Origin: an uncultured bacterium
GTDB lineage: Bacteria; Auribacterota; Erginobacteria; Erginobacterales; Erginobacteraceae
Reading direction: 5' to 3'
Length of the DNA: 64,000 nt
NCBI GenBank assembly: GCA_963822585.1
Contig: CAWGIE010000047.1
Span: 96,001-160,000, forward strand
How positions within the stretch are numbered: position 1 is the stretch's first letter; every line of letters begins with the position of its first letter. The notes under the pieces were generated by a model. It saw nothing but the letters and a program-made list of their open reading frames with translations. It did no database searches and was not told the origin of the DNA. Below, piece after piece: positions 50,486-60,319 of the stretch. Position numbers and translations under genes: made by a program.

Positions 50486-50641
50486 GGTTTTACGGATCGG
50501 GCTACGATGACTTTCAGACTCCCGTTAGGCGAAGAGTGGAGACTGCTTCGTCCAGCCGCCGTCGCCTTCGGCTGCTCTGGCGGAGGTGGCTCGCTTTGCT
50601 CCTCGCAGTGACATGACAACACGAGTAGGGACTCAATAATC

Positions 50642-51679
50642 ATGAGGAGGTCGATGATGAGATGGATCGCGATCCCGTTTTTGGCGTCATTGCTGGTATC
50701 CTGGCCGGCCGGCGCGGATCAGATTTCGGGAGAAGACCCGGCGAAAGGCATGGACGAGTTGCAGTGGCAGTCGAATTTTTCCCGTAAGATTCACCAGCTG
50801 TTCCTGGAAAAAAATTTCGCGGAACTCGATCGGATCGCCGAAAACTGCTGGAAAGGGGCGCGCACCCCCTCGGGGATCTGGCAACTGGACATTTTCTATG
50901 ACGGGATTTACCTGGGCGGGAATAAAAACCGGGATAGCTACTGGGAAACATATCTGGGCCGGTTCCGGGAGTGGAGAGAGCAGCAGCCGCATTCCGTCAC
51001 CGCCCTGATCGGTCTGGCCCAAGCCTGGATCGAATACGCCTGGCAGGCCCGCGGCACCGGCTGGGCGAGTTCGGTGACCGAGACCGGGTGGCAGCTATTC
51101 CACGAGCGGCTGGAGAGGTCCCAACGGATCATGGTTGAAAACGCCAAGGAATGCATGGCGTCTCCCCGCTGGTACAGTCAAATGCTTTTGCTGGCGCGGG
51201 CGCAGGAAGCGGGCAGATCCAAGGCCTGGGACTTGCTGAGGGCGTCCGCCCGCGCTTTTCCCGATTATTTCGAATCGTATTTCAAGATGGCGGCCTTTTG
51301 CCAGCCTCGCTGGGGCGGACTGCCGGGGGAATGGGAAAACATGGCGAGCTGGGCAGAGAAAAACGCCGGCGGCGACCGGGGAAAGGAGATTTACACCCGG
51401 ATCTGCTGGGTAATGTGGTCATGGGAAAAGGACGAGGCTTTTCTCAGCCCGCAAGCCAAGGTAAACTGGGATAAGATGAAGGCGGGGTTCGAGGTGATGG
51501 AAAAAGAATATCCCGATTCGGCCTGGAACCGCACCGCCTTTTGTTATTTTGCCTGGCTTTTCCGGGACCGTCCGGTCGTGCTCGCGCTGCTGCCCGGCCT
51601 TGAGCGTCGCCTGGCCTTTGAGTTCTGGCGTGACCGGACGAGCCTGGCGAAAACCCAGGCCTGGGCCGAGAAGCCCTGA
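50642..51679 (+). CDS. DUF4034-like secreted protein
   Basis: Signal peptide; YAWQARGTGWA..V..F.ERL, PRWGG, W.KMKAGF. Confidence 0.75.
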   Translation: MRRSMMRWIAIPFLASLLVSWPAGADQISGEDPAKGMDELQWQSNFSRKIHQLFLEKNFAELDRIAENCWKGARTPSGIWQLDIFYDGIYLGGNKNRDSYWETYLGRFREWREQQPHSVTALIGLAQAWIEYAWQARGTGWASSVTETGWQLFHERLERSQRIMVENAKECMASPRWYSQMLLLARAQEAGRSKAWDLLRASARAFPDYFESYFKMAAFCQPRWGGLPGEWENMASWAEKNAGGDRGKEIYTRICWVMWSWEKDEAFLSPQAKVNWDKMKAGFEVMEKEYPDSAWNRTAFCYFAWLFRDRPVVLALLPGLERRLAFEFWRDRTSLAKTQAWAEKP

Positions 51680-52038
51680 CCGGTTTTCCCCGCCCTGGCC
51701 GGCGGAGCCCGGCGCACAGACAGGAATGTCTGTAGTGTTAGGGATAAGGGATAAGGGGTAAGGGTAAGGGAGCGTTTCCCCTTCGCCCTTACTTCACGCT
51801 ACCTCTCTTGAAACTCCTGAATAATAAATGAGCGAGCAGAGCTCGCTCATTTAACACAGACAGGAATGTCTGTGCTACTTAGGCGGTCACAGACAGGAAT
51901 GTCTGTGTTACCTTGACTCATCGACAGGAATGTCTGTGCCGGAAAAGCGGCTTTCAGATCATCACGAGAAATAAAAACAAGGCGCCCGCGACGGGGGCGG
52001 AAGATTCCGGCTCCCCGGCGCGGGCGCCTTTCTACCGC

Positions 52039-52395
52039 TTACCGGTAAACGGGGACATAGTAAAGGGGACGGGGATAAACCGGCGGCGGAGGTGGCGGCG
52101 GTGGCGGTTGATAGACGTAGACAGGTGGCGGCGGAGGGGGCGGCGGCGCCTGATAGACGTAGACGGGAGCGGCCGGCTGGTTGCAGTCGCTGAAGGCGGC
52201 GGCGATCAGACCCGCGCCCAAAACCCCGGCGCAGACCGCGCCGAACGTGTCCCAGCTGTTCCAACTGCCGTGGCCGCCGCCCTGGTGACCCCGATTGTAT
52301 CCGCGGCTGTAACCGCGATGCCCCCCGGCGTAGACCATCTGCCCGCAGGCCAGGACCATCAACCCGATCATGCATGCTCCAATCAGCCTTTTCAT
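52039..52395 (-). CDS. Small secreted Gly/Pro-rich protein
   Basis: RBS GGAGG before ATG 52395; signal peptide; poly-Pro VYVYQ repeats. Confidence 0.75.
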   Translation of the reverse strand: MKRLIGACMIGLMVLACGQMVYAGGHRGYSRGYNRGHQGGGHGSWNSWDTFGAVCAGVLGAGLIAAAFSDCNQPAAPVYVYQAPPPPPPPPVYVYQPPPPPPPPPVYPRPLYYVPVYR

Positions 52396-52754
52396 CAGAT
52401 TACCTCCTTTGGTGTTTAGCTGATTGGACGCAAAACTTCCGCGAATATTCAATCCCCCTATCCAGGGCAAACCCTGGTCGACATCAGGGGGGCGAAATAG
52501 GCCGGGCAATGATGGGGACTTAGCCCTCGCGCAGTCTACCCCAATTTATCGGGGTTCGGGCAACTGATTTAACCGCGGATTGCGCGGATTATGCTGATTA
52601 AAGGGAAAAACAATCCGCATAATCCGTTTAATCCGCGGTTTATTGTGCGCCAGAGGCGCACCCCGCTAGCTATCGGGGAAATTCCGAAGCGGCAAGATAC
52701 AGCGCGTCGCGGGGCACGATTATCCCCCGGGATGCCGGTGTGACAGCTTTTTAA

Positions 52755-52949
52755 CTATTTCTTGCTGTACAAAAAAGTTATCACCGACAGAAGGACGAAG
52801 GTATTGCCGATTAAAAGGACCGAACTCGCCTTCATCCGGGGAACAAGTCCCATCAGACTGACGCTGTTGTAGCCGATGATCCTGCCCAGAAACGCCGCCA
52901 GAATCCCCAGGACACCAATGACCAGCAAAATAGTAGACGCGTTTTTCAT
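52755..52949 (-). CDS. Small two-TM membrane protein
   Basis: RBS AGGAGGTG; two hydrophobic helices. Confidence 0.7.
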   Translation of the reverse strand: MKNASTILLVIGVLGILAAFLGRIIGYNSVSLMGLVPRMKASSVLLIGNTFVLLSVITFLYSKK

Positions 52950-53212
52950 ACGGCACCTCCTTTGTCAAATGATACCCTTCTTTTAAGAAATTTTTCAACG
53001 ATAATTTTTATGAATAGTGCGGGCTGAAGCGGGTGGTTGTGATACCATAAAAAAACCGCCGACGATCGCGCGCCACCGTTTATCAGCCGCGGCCACCGGA
53101 GGGGAGCTTCATCGTCCTTGTCCCGATTGACCGGCTCCGCCTTCCCGCCGGCGGAGAACATCATCGCGGTCATCTTCGGGGCGGAGGTGACGAGATCGGT
53201 TCCGGGAAGAGC

Positions 53213-54160
53213 ATGAAGAAAGCCCGCAAAATCATCCTGGCCGCCGCCGTTCCGGTGGTCGCGCTGGTCCTCCTTGACCTCTCGGGTTTCTTCGAGCTTC
53301 ATCTTCTCATCCTGCCCCAGAATCCGGATTTCATCTCCCTGGGGCGGGGATGCGGCCTCTGGGAATACAAGGGGTTTTATCGATGGCTGCCGCAGACGGT
53401 CAGGGTGGTCCGGGTCGACCTTGCCGAGCCCGCCATCGAGGTGGAGGTGAACGGCCCCGGCCCGACCGATGAGGAGAGAATGCTGACGGCGCTCGCCTAC
53501 CACCGGATGAAAAATGAAGCGCTGGCTCCTTTGGCCCGCTGTTCGGTCACCGTCAACGGCAACGTCTCCGGCGACATCAGCGCCGGCATCGTGCGTTCCT
53601 TCGCCGATCCGGCCCACCTGCTGATCCATGACTGGCCCCAGTACTGCTTCGGGGTAGAGGAACACTCCGGGAAAAGGAAGGCCTTCGTGCGGGAGATGTA
53701 TCTCCGGAAAGAAGAGGTGGGAAGAAAGGCCCCCTCCGGGGTGCGCTGCGCTCTCCTCTCCTGGCCCTATTACGCCTGGCCCCTGATTGAAAAGGGGAAG
53801 AACGCCTATCGGGAGGAGAGCCTTGATTTCGAGATCATCGACGAACGCCACCCCCGCACGATCGTGGGGACGGACGCGGAGGGACGTTTCGTCTATCTGG
53901 CGGTCATGAAGGGGAGGGACCCGTTTCACGCCTTCGGCATGTCCTTCGCCGAGGCGGCGGACTTTCTTCTGGAGCACTTCCCGGAGATCTCCGACGCGAT
54001 CAACCTGGACGGGGGCTTCTCCAGCATCCTCGTCCTCGACCGGCCCGGGGGATTACGGGAGGTCTTCCCGGATAATCATGAGGACCGGAAGCTTCCCGAT
54101 GTGGTGCAGGTGATCGAGACCGTCGCGCCCGCCCGGACGGGGATGTCCGTGCTGCCTTAG
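53213..54160 (+). CDS. Phosphodiester glycosidase (NAGPA/DUF2233) family protein
   Basis: RHPRTIVG, G.S..E.A, AINLDGGFSS. Confidence 0.8.
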   Translation: MKKARKIILAAAVPVVALVLLDLSGFFELHLLILPQNPDFISLGRGCGLWEYKGFYRWLPQTVRVVRVDLAEPAIEVEVNGPGPTDEERMLTALAYHRMKNEALAPLARCSVTVNGNVSGDISAGIVRSFADPAHLLIHDWPQYCFGVEEHSGKRKAFVREMYLRKEEVGRKAPSGVRCALLSWPYYAWPLIEKGKNAYREESLDFEIIDERHPRTIVGTDAEGRFVYLAVMKGRDPFHAFGMSFAEAADFLLEHFPEISDAINLDGGFSSILVLDRPGGLREVFPDNHEDRKLPDVVQVIETVAPARTGMSVLP

Positions 54161-54171
54161 ACTCCCTGGCG

Positions 54172-54438
54172 CACAGACAGGAATGTCTGTGCTACCTTGG
54201 GCGAACACAGACAGGAATGTCTGTGCTACTTTGGGCGAACACAGACAGGAATGTCTGTGCTACTTTGGCGGCTACACAGACAGGAATGTCTGTGCTACTT
54301 TGGCGGCTACACAGACAGGAATGTCTGTGCTACTTTGGCGGCTACACAGACAGGAATGTCTGTGCTACTTTGGCGAACACAGACAGGAATGTCTGTGCTA
54401 CTTTGGCGGACACAGACAAGAATGTCTGTGCTGCTTTG
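54172..54438 (-). repeat. GTAG-type REP cluster, 8 copies
   Basis: Tandem palindromes with period about 33-35 bp. Confidence 0.9.
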
Positions 54439-54613
54439 GGCGGGATGTCCGGGTTACAGAATTTGGGGGAATCGGACATTCTCGGGAGACTGGAGAATGG
54501 AGCCTTCCGTCGGGGATATTGTTTTCCCCTCGTCTCGGCCCCCGATTATCATCGGAGCCCTTCTCTCCCCGGTTAGAAAGAGTGTTCTTTATTCCTTCCC
54601 GGTGAATTTTGTT

Positions 54614-56368
54614 TTATCTGGTCGCCGGGATAACCCCCTCGCCGCCGTAGTAAGCACGAGTTATCCCCCGAACCGCCCAAAGCCCGGAAGATTCATGGAA
54701 GATACCAATACTATCCACGCCGTCTCCGTCATAGTCGGCCGGGACCGGAGAATCGGAAGAAGATCCGAAGTAAACCCTGGTTATCCCTCTAATCGCCCAC
54801 AGACCCGATGATGATCGGAAGATACCCGGACTCCAGTAACCCGAGTTATTATAGTCACCCGCGACCGGATCATCATTGCTGCTTCCAAAATAGATCCGGC
54901 TCATGTTCCGGATCGCCCAGAGACCGGAGTTCCCGCGGAAGATAGCGATATCCTCGATCCCGTCGCAGTCATAGTAACCTGGCACCGGACGATCGCCGGC
55001 GGTACCGAAGTAAATGCGGGTAATCCCTTTTACCGCCCAGAGTCCCGAAGCACTCCGGAATATCCCGATGTTGCAGGCACTGGACGGATTGGAACGGAAC
55101 GGTACGGCATTGTCGGACGACATCCCGAAGTAAGTCCGGGTCACATTTCTGACTGCCCAGAGGGCGGAAGACTGGCGGAAGATTCCGATGTCGGTGGTCC
55201 CATCGGCATTGTAATCACCGGGTACCAACTCATCACCAGAAGATCCAAAATAAACTCGGGTAATATCCCTAATCGCCCAAAGTCCGCTGTCTTCGCGGAA
55301 AATAGCGATATCAGATGTTCCGTTACCGTCATAATCATTATGAATACAATGCGGGGGAAGAGAGGGTGAACCCAGATCAAAAATATCAAGGTGCTGGGCG
55401 CTGGCTAATATCAGCATCGAACCATCACCGTTAATGCAAAGTTTCTCTCCTTCGGTTTCAGTCTCAATAGTTCCCTCCCGAACCTGGGTTTCCGTATTAA
55501 GGATTTTTATACTCGTATCATAAAAACTTCCACAAATTCCATAAGCCACGGTTCCGTCCGGTTGGTAGACCATATCATGAGGATAAGTTCCTATGTCATA
55601 CTCTCCATCACGAGAAGCGAACTTATCTGAAAGGGCTTGAATATTATAAACAGTATATCCAGGACCATTCCCCCCGCCGACCATAAAAAGAATATGATTT
55701 CCGTCCGGGCTGAGAGTGAGATTTTGACCGTTCGATCCCAGGGCTCCATGATCGCAACGGGTTTCCCGACTGATGACATCAGTAGAAATATCCCATCGGC
55801 AAAGATTGCTCGGGCTCCATCCAACTACACCGGAATAAAGCTTGTTCCTGATTGAGTCCACTTCGATTAGCCGGGTATTGCTATCCCAGTTGTCTTCATG
55901 GACATCGATGATGGAACCATCGGATGAATTTACAATCACCAGAGCAGCATCATGGCCTGTATTAGCAGCAATATATATTCGGGTAGCGGTTGCCTCAATA
56001 TCATAAGGGACATTACCGTTAAGGTCCCAGGTGGTTTCTATCGTCCAGTTCGCGGTATTTATGACCGCCAGAGAAGTCGCTCCGCTTTTAGCCACATAGA
56101 GCCTGGATCCGTCAGGGGATAAAGCCAGATCGCCCGGCTGGCTGGGAATGGTTAATTCCGTGAAATCTAAAGAACGAAGATTAAGTTTAATCACCCGAGC
56201 ATTGGTTTTATCGCTGACGTATAAATAGCAGGCATTACCGGGGGCAACCATCCCTCCCACCTGGCCGCCGAGATCAAACGCTCTCTGGTCCCCGGATGAG
56301 GATACTCCCGGAAAAACGATGGTCAGGGCCATCGTTAACACCAATGTCTCCCGCATTCTCTTCATCAT
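54614..56368 (-). CDS. Secreted YncE-like beta-propeller with C-terminal FG-GAP/VCBS-like module
   Basis: Signal peptide; LALSPDGSRLYVA; DYDGNG.SDIAIFR..SGLWA..TR.YFG repeats; ends IPATR. Confidence 0.88.
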   Translation of the reverse strand: MMKRMRETLVLTMALTIVFPGVSSSGDQRAFDLGGQVGGMVAPGNACYLYVSDKTNARVIKLNLRSLDFTELTIPSQPGDLALSPDGSRLYVAKSGATSLAVINTANWTIETTWDLNGNVPYDIEATATRIYIAANTGHDAALVIVNSSDGSIIDVHEDNWDSNTRLIEVDSIRNKLYSGVVGWSPSNLCRWDISTDVISRETRCDHGALGSNGQNLTLSPDGNHILFMVGGGNGPGYTVYNIQALSDKFASRDGEYDIGTYPHDMVYQPDGTVAYGICGSFYDTSIKILNTETQVREGTIETETEGEKLCINGDGSMLILASAQHLDIFDLGSPSLPPHCIHNDYDGNGTSDIAIFREDSGLWAIRDITRVYFGSSGDELVPGDYNADGTTDIGIFRQSSALWAVRNVTRTYFGMSSDNAVPFRSNPSSACNIGIFRSASGLWAVKGITRIYFGTAGDRPVPGYYDCDGIEDIAIFRGNSGLWAIRNMSRIYFGSSNDDPVAGDYNNSGYWSPGIFRSSSGLWAIRGITRVYFGSSSDSPVPADYDGDGVDSIGIFHESSGLWAVRGITRAYYGGEGVIPATR

Positions 56369-56683
56369 AAAAGTACCCTCCGATATTATTTTTACTCTAC
56401 AAAAAATAGTATCATGCGCCGGAAACGTATCTCCCGTTTCAGAGTAAAGTTTTTGAAAAGCCCGACAGATACAGGGTATGATATTTATTAATTATTGGCA
56501 AACATATTGTTACTAAATTGAGTTTTCAGGAGTCCGGACCACGATATCTTAATAAGTGGCAGGGGGGTGACTTAAAATTGCATGAAATGATGGGACCGGC
56601 GGTATTGTGAGATCCTCACCCGGATCCCTCGGAGCTGGAGCAGGCAGAAGAGAAGAGGCCTTGAGAGTGCTCGCTTAGGGGCG

Positions 56684-56970
56684 CACAGACAGGAATGTCT
56701 GTGCTACTTTGGCGGCTACACAGACAGGAATGTCTGTGCTACTTTGGCGAACACAGACAGGAATGTCTGTGCTACTTGGGCGAACACAGACAGGAATGTC
56801 TGTGCTACTTGGGCGAACACAGACAGGAATGTCTGTGCTACTTTGGCGAACACAGACAGGAATGTCTGTGCTACTTTGGCGGACACAGACAGGAATGTCT
56901 GTGCTACTTTGGCGGACACAGACAGGAATGTCTGTGCTACTTTGGCGGACACAGACAGGGAGGTCTGTCT
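56684..56970 (-). repeat. GTAG-type REP cluster, about 9 copies, last one degenerate
   Basis: Period about 33 bp with near-identical linkers. Confidence 0.9.
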
Positions 56971-57084
56971 CGCGCAGTGTAAAGTGTAAAGTGTAAGGTG
57001 TGCTGTGTAAGGAGAAGCTTCCCCGCTTCACCTCACGTTACGATAGAAGAAATGTTAATATATTAACTGACAGAAATGGCCGGG

Positions 57085-58179
57085 TTAGAGGATATGGGGG
57101 AAGCGGATATTCTCGGGAGACCGGAGAATGGATTCTTCCGCCGGGGAAAGGCTCCGGGACCGTATTCTCTCGATAAAGTCGTTATAAAGAACACCCCGAT
57201 GCCGGCTTCTCAAAGCGGGATAGGTCCCACTCTTTACCGTTTGAATATTTTCCATCCGGCTTTTGCGCCATAAAAAATCGTCCCCCCAGTCATTGGCCAC
57301 GTCAGCCAGGACGTGCCGCGGCTGGTACTTCACTTCGGGGGCGAGGTAATTTAATCCGTCGGCGCCGATCACCAGCAGGAAATGAGCCGCGTGGTAACCG
57401 TCAAATTCCAGGGCGGTGTCTGTGTATCTGCTTTGAGAGACAAAGACCCGGAAGGCCTCCGCGGGCGACAACCGTTCCTGATACTCGCCGATTTCCCTGT
57501 ACACGCCTTCCTGGTCGACCTGGGCCGGACACCCGGCGTCCCAACCGGTGCACCGGGGATGAAAATATATCCAATGAGCGCCGGCGTCCCGGACCGCCTG
57601 GGCCAGCTTGATCAGGATACCGGCCCGGTCCTTTGAAGTCAGGGCGCTGACCCCGATCTGCAGGGGGCTTTCGGCTTTCTCGATTTTCCCGCGCAGGTCC
57701 GCGATCCGTCTCAAAACCGTTTCGATCTCTCCCAGCGCTCCCTCCTCCCAGTCGTAGAGCGAGATCCGAAGAGTCGAGACGGAGGAGATGAGCGCGTCGA
57801 TGACGGAATCCCGATGGAGGAGACTGCCGTTGGTGACGACGGCGATATCCTGGAAGCCGTACTTCCGGGCCAGCCGAACGACCGCGGGGAAATCGGGGGA
57901 AATGGTGGGTTCTCCCCCGGTCAGCAAAAGCCCCCGGGTCTCCCCCTGGAGGGCGGCCAGGAGGTTGGAAACGAATTTTAAACTGAGCTGATGGAAGTCC
58001 GAGCTCCGGCTGCTGGGGCAGTCGGGGCAGGTGCGGGTGCACTTGCTGGTGATATCCAGCTCCAGCGTAACCGGGAAGATCGGCTCTTGGCGGAGATAGG
58101 AGAAGATCCTGGTTTTGTGGGCGGAAATTTTGTACGCCGAGGCGAGCTGAAACATCTGATTTGAATCATCCCGTTGCAT
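57085..58179 (-). CDS. Radical SAM protein; start probably 58179
   Basis: CTRTCPDC, TGGEPT, VTNGS. Confidence 0.88.
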   Translation of the reverse strand: MQRDDSNQMFQLASAYKISAHKTRIFSYLRQEPIFPVTLELDITSKCTRTCPDCPSSRSSDFHQLSLKFVSNLLAALQGETRGLLLTGGEPTISPDFPAVVRLARKYGFQDIAVVTNGSLLHRDSVIDALISSVSTLRISLYDWEEGALGEIETVLRRIADLRGKIEKAESPLQIGVSALTSKDRAGILIKLAQAVRDAGAHWIYFHPRCTGWDAGCPAQVDQEGVYREIGEYQERLSPAEAFRVFVSQSRYTDTALEFDGYHAAHFLLVIGADGLNYLAPEVKYQPRHVLADVANDWGDDFLWRKSRMENIQTVKSGTYPALRSRHRGVLYNDFIERIRSRSLSPAEESILRSPENIRFPHIL

Positions 58180-58207
58180 AAAGAAAGCTTCCTTGGCCGG
58201 TATCGTA

Positions 58208-59122
58208 TCATTTAATATCCGGCAGCCCGATGGTTTTTCGCCAGCGGTTGATGAATTCGCCTTTTTTCCGATAACGGAGAACGAACCCCCATTCATAGGG
58301 CACGAAGCCGAGCTTGAGGGCGATCGTCTTCAGCAGGTTCTTGGCGCCCGCGCGAAAATGAGACCGGATATCCAGCCGGGCCGCCGCGGCGGCCTGCGCC
58401 CGGGCGATTGCCGTCAATTCGGTCTCCAGGAAATCGGGCTCCCGGAGCATGCGCTCGAAGTAGAATTTGTTCTCTTCGTATTCCCGCCGGGCATAGACAT
58501 CGGCCCGCCAACCCGATTGAATGGCGATGACCGTAACCCGGGGGAGGGAGATGATTTTTTTCCCTGCCTTCCATATCCGGAGGAGCAGGTCCTGTGACGG
58601 CTGCAGATAGCAATCGCGGGGATGCCGCCAGGGGCCGATCTCCTCCAGGACCTCCCGTTTCAGAAACCAGAGTGAGGCGGGGACGAAGGTGGGGGTGTAG
58701 GTATCTCCGGCCGGGACATTAAAAAGATGATTTGCGCCGCCCGGGCGGATGGCTATCCCCAGGGTGAAAACCATCTCCGCGCCGGTCTCCTCGATCCCCC
58801 GCAGCGCGGTCCCGAGATGTTCCGGCATCCAGAGGTCGTCATGATTGAGATAGGCGATGTATCGACCGCGTGAGCGCCGGAAACCTTCGTTATTGGGCCC
58901 GGCCTGATCGCCGACGTTCTCCTCCAGGTTGTGAAACCGTATTCTCGGGTCCCGGAAAGAACGGACGACTTCCTCGGTGTCGTCCGTACAGGCGTCGCCG
59001 ACGACAATGAGTTCCCAATCGGTGAACTTCGATCGCAACAAGCCGGCGATGGAGTAATAGAGAACGTTGCTCCGATTATACGTCGCCGTGATTACTGAGA
59101 TAAGGGGCGTATCAGACGCCAT
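58208..59122 (-). CDS. Glycosyltransferase family 2
   Basis: ISVITATYNR, IVVGDACTDDT, YLNHDDLW. Confidence 0.92.
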   Translation of the reverse strand: MASDTPLISVITATYNRSNVLYYSIAGLLRSKFTDWELIVVGDACTDDTEEVVRSFRDPRIRFHNLEENVGDQAGPNNEGFRRSRGRYIAYLNHDDLWMPEHLGTALRGIEETGAEMVFTLGIAIRPGGANHLFNVPAGDTYTPTFVPASLWFLKREVLEEIGPWRHPRDCYLQPSQDLLLRIWKAGKKIISLPRVTVIAIQSGWRADVYARREYEENKFYFERMLREPDFLETELTAIARAQAAAAARLDIRSHFRAGAKNLLKTIALKLGFVPYEWGFVLRYRKKGEFINRWRKTIGLPDIK

Positions 59123-59179
59123 GACCGCTCTCCCCGCGTTCGCACCCCCGGAAATCCCGATCCGCCGCTTCTTCCGGCT

Positions 59180-60127
59180 TCACGCTTCCGGCCCCCCGGA
59201 TCGCGCCGCGCGCACGGCCGTTACTTCTCCGGGTTCCAGGGGATATCCATACCCGCAGTTGCGGCATAAATCCAGTTCAAAAATTCCTTTTCTGAGCGCA
59301 CTTCTCGCCCGGACGAAGGCGGCCTTTTGCCAGATGTCCCGGAGGTGTTCGGTGACGACATTCCCATAGACGGGGTCTTCTCTCCATTGCCGGGCGCAGA
59401 GCAGAATGTTTCCCCGGAAATTAATCGCCATTATCGTTTCGGGAAAAACGCAGGTCCGGCATAAGTTTTCCACGCTGACGCACTCCCGCAGGGGAACCAG
59501 TCCGGAACGGTTGTTGAACCTCTCCAGCCCCCGGATCTTTTTATAATTCGGATCATGAAAATGGAGTTTCTTCCGGTCGTTTTCATCAAGCCGGCGGTAG
59601 GTGGCAATCGCTTGCTTGGGCGCGTCAATCTGGTAGCGATCGTCGCGTATCGTGTAGTGATCCGAAACATCGATCATATCGACGCCGGCGGCAATCAGCT
59701 CCCGGAATTTTACACCCGTAAGGAGGTCCCCATTGGTCAGTATCGCCACCCGGGATTTGGGCAGGTGATCTTTAGCGTAGGCGACGAAGGCCGCCAGCCG
59801 GTCATCGAGGAGCGGCTCGCTCCAGGGAGCGAAGATAATCAGGCCGCGATAATCGAGATCGCGCAGGTCGCCGATGATTTTACGAAACACGCTCTCGGGC
59901 ATCAGATGGCTGCCGCGGTCGTTCCAGAAATGAGGACAGTAAGGGCAGGCGCGATTGCAGGCGGTGGTATTCTCGATCGCGACGGAGGATCCCAGCGTTT
60001 TGTGATTGTAATACAGCTCCCGGAGAAAGCCGCTCTTGTCCTTCAGGTATTTCAGCCATCCGATTTTTCTGATCGGACGGCTGTTGATGAGCGCGGATAT
60101 TATTTTGTCAGAGAAAGATCGGATCAT
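59180..60127 (-). CDS. Radical SAM/SPASM(Twitch) protein
   Basis: CNRACPYC, EPLLD, TNG, C.FP..G..LLC..GN..IW..C..C. Confidence 0.9.
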   Translation of the reverse strand: MIRSFSDKIISALINSRPIRKIGWLKYLKDKSGFLRELYYNHKTLGSSVAIENTTACNRACPYCPHFWNDRGSHLMPESVFRKIIGDLRDLDYRGLIIFAPWSEPLLDDRLAAFVAYAKDHLPKSRVAILTNGDLLTGVKFRELIAAGVDMIDVSDHYTIRDDRYQIDAPKQAIATYRRLDENDRKKLHFHDPNYKKIRGLERFNNRSGLVPLRECVSVENLCRTCVFPETIMAINFRGNILLCARQWREDPVYGNVVTEHLRDIWQKAAFVRARSALRKGIFELDLCRNCGYGYPLEPGEVTAVRAARSGGPEA

Positions 60128-60319
60128 TATTCGGCGGCCGCGGGACAGATAAACAGGATCACCGCGAGCATTTTTTCATGGTCAACAGTTGCTTGATTAA
60201 GGTAGCATCCGGAGAGGTAGTATAACAAATGTGGCCGGGGGTCCAATGATTATCGGTGTGGGCCGCCGGCAGCCGTTGACAGAACGAGAGAGTCGGAGCA
60301 TTCCCAACCGGAGGGACCG

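Noticed and set aside
54172..56970. REP clusters (also 23837 and 45493) as CRISPR arrays
   Set aside because: Linkers are short (about 9-25 bp) and repeated rather than unique; the unit is dispersed at many sites; no cas genes
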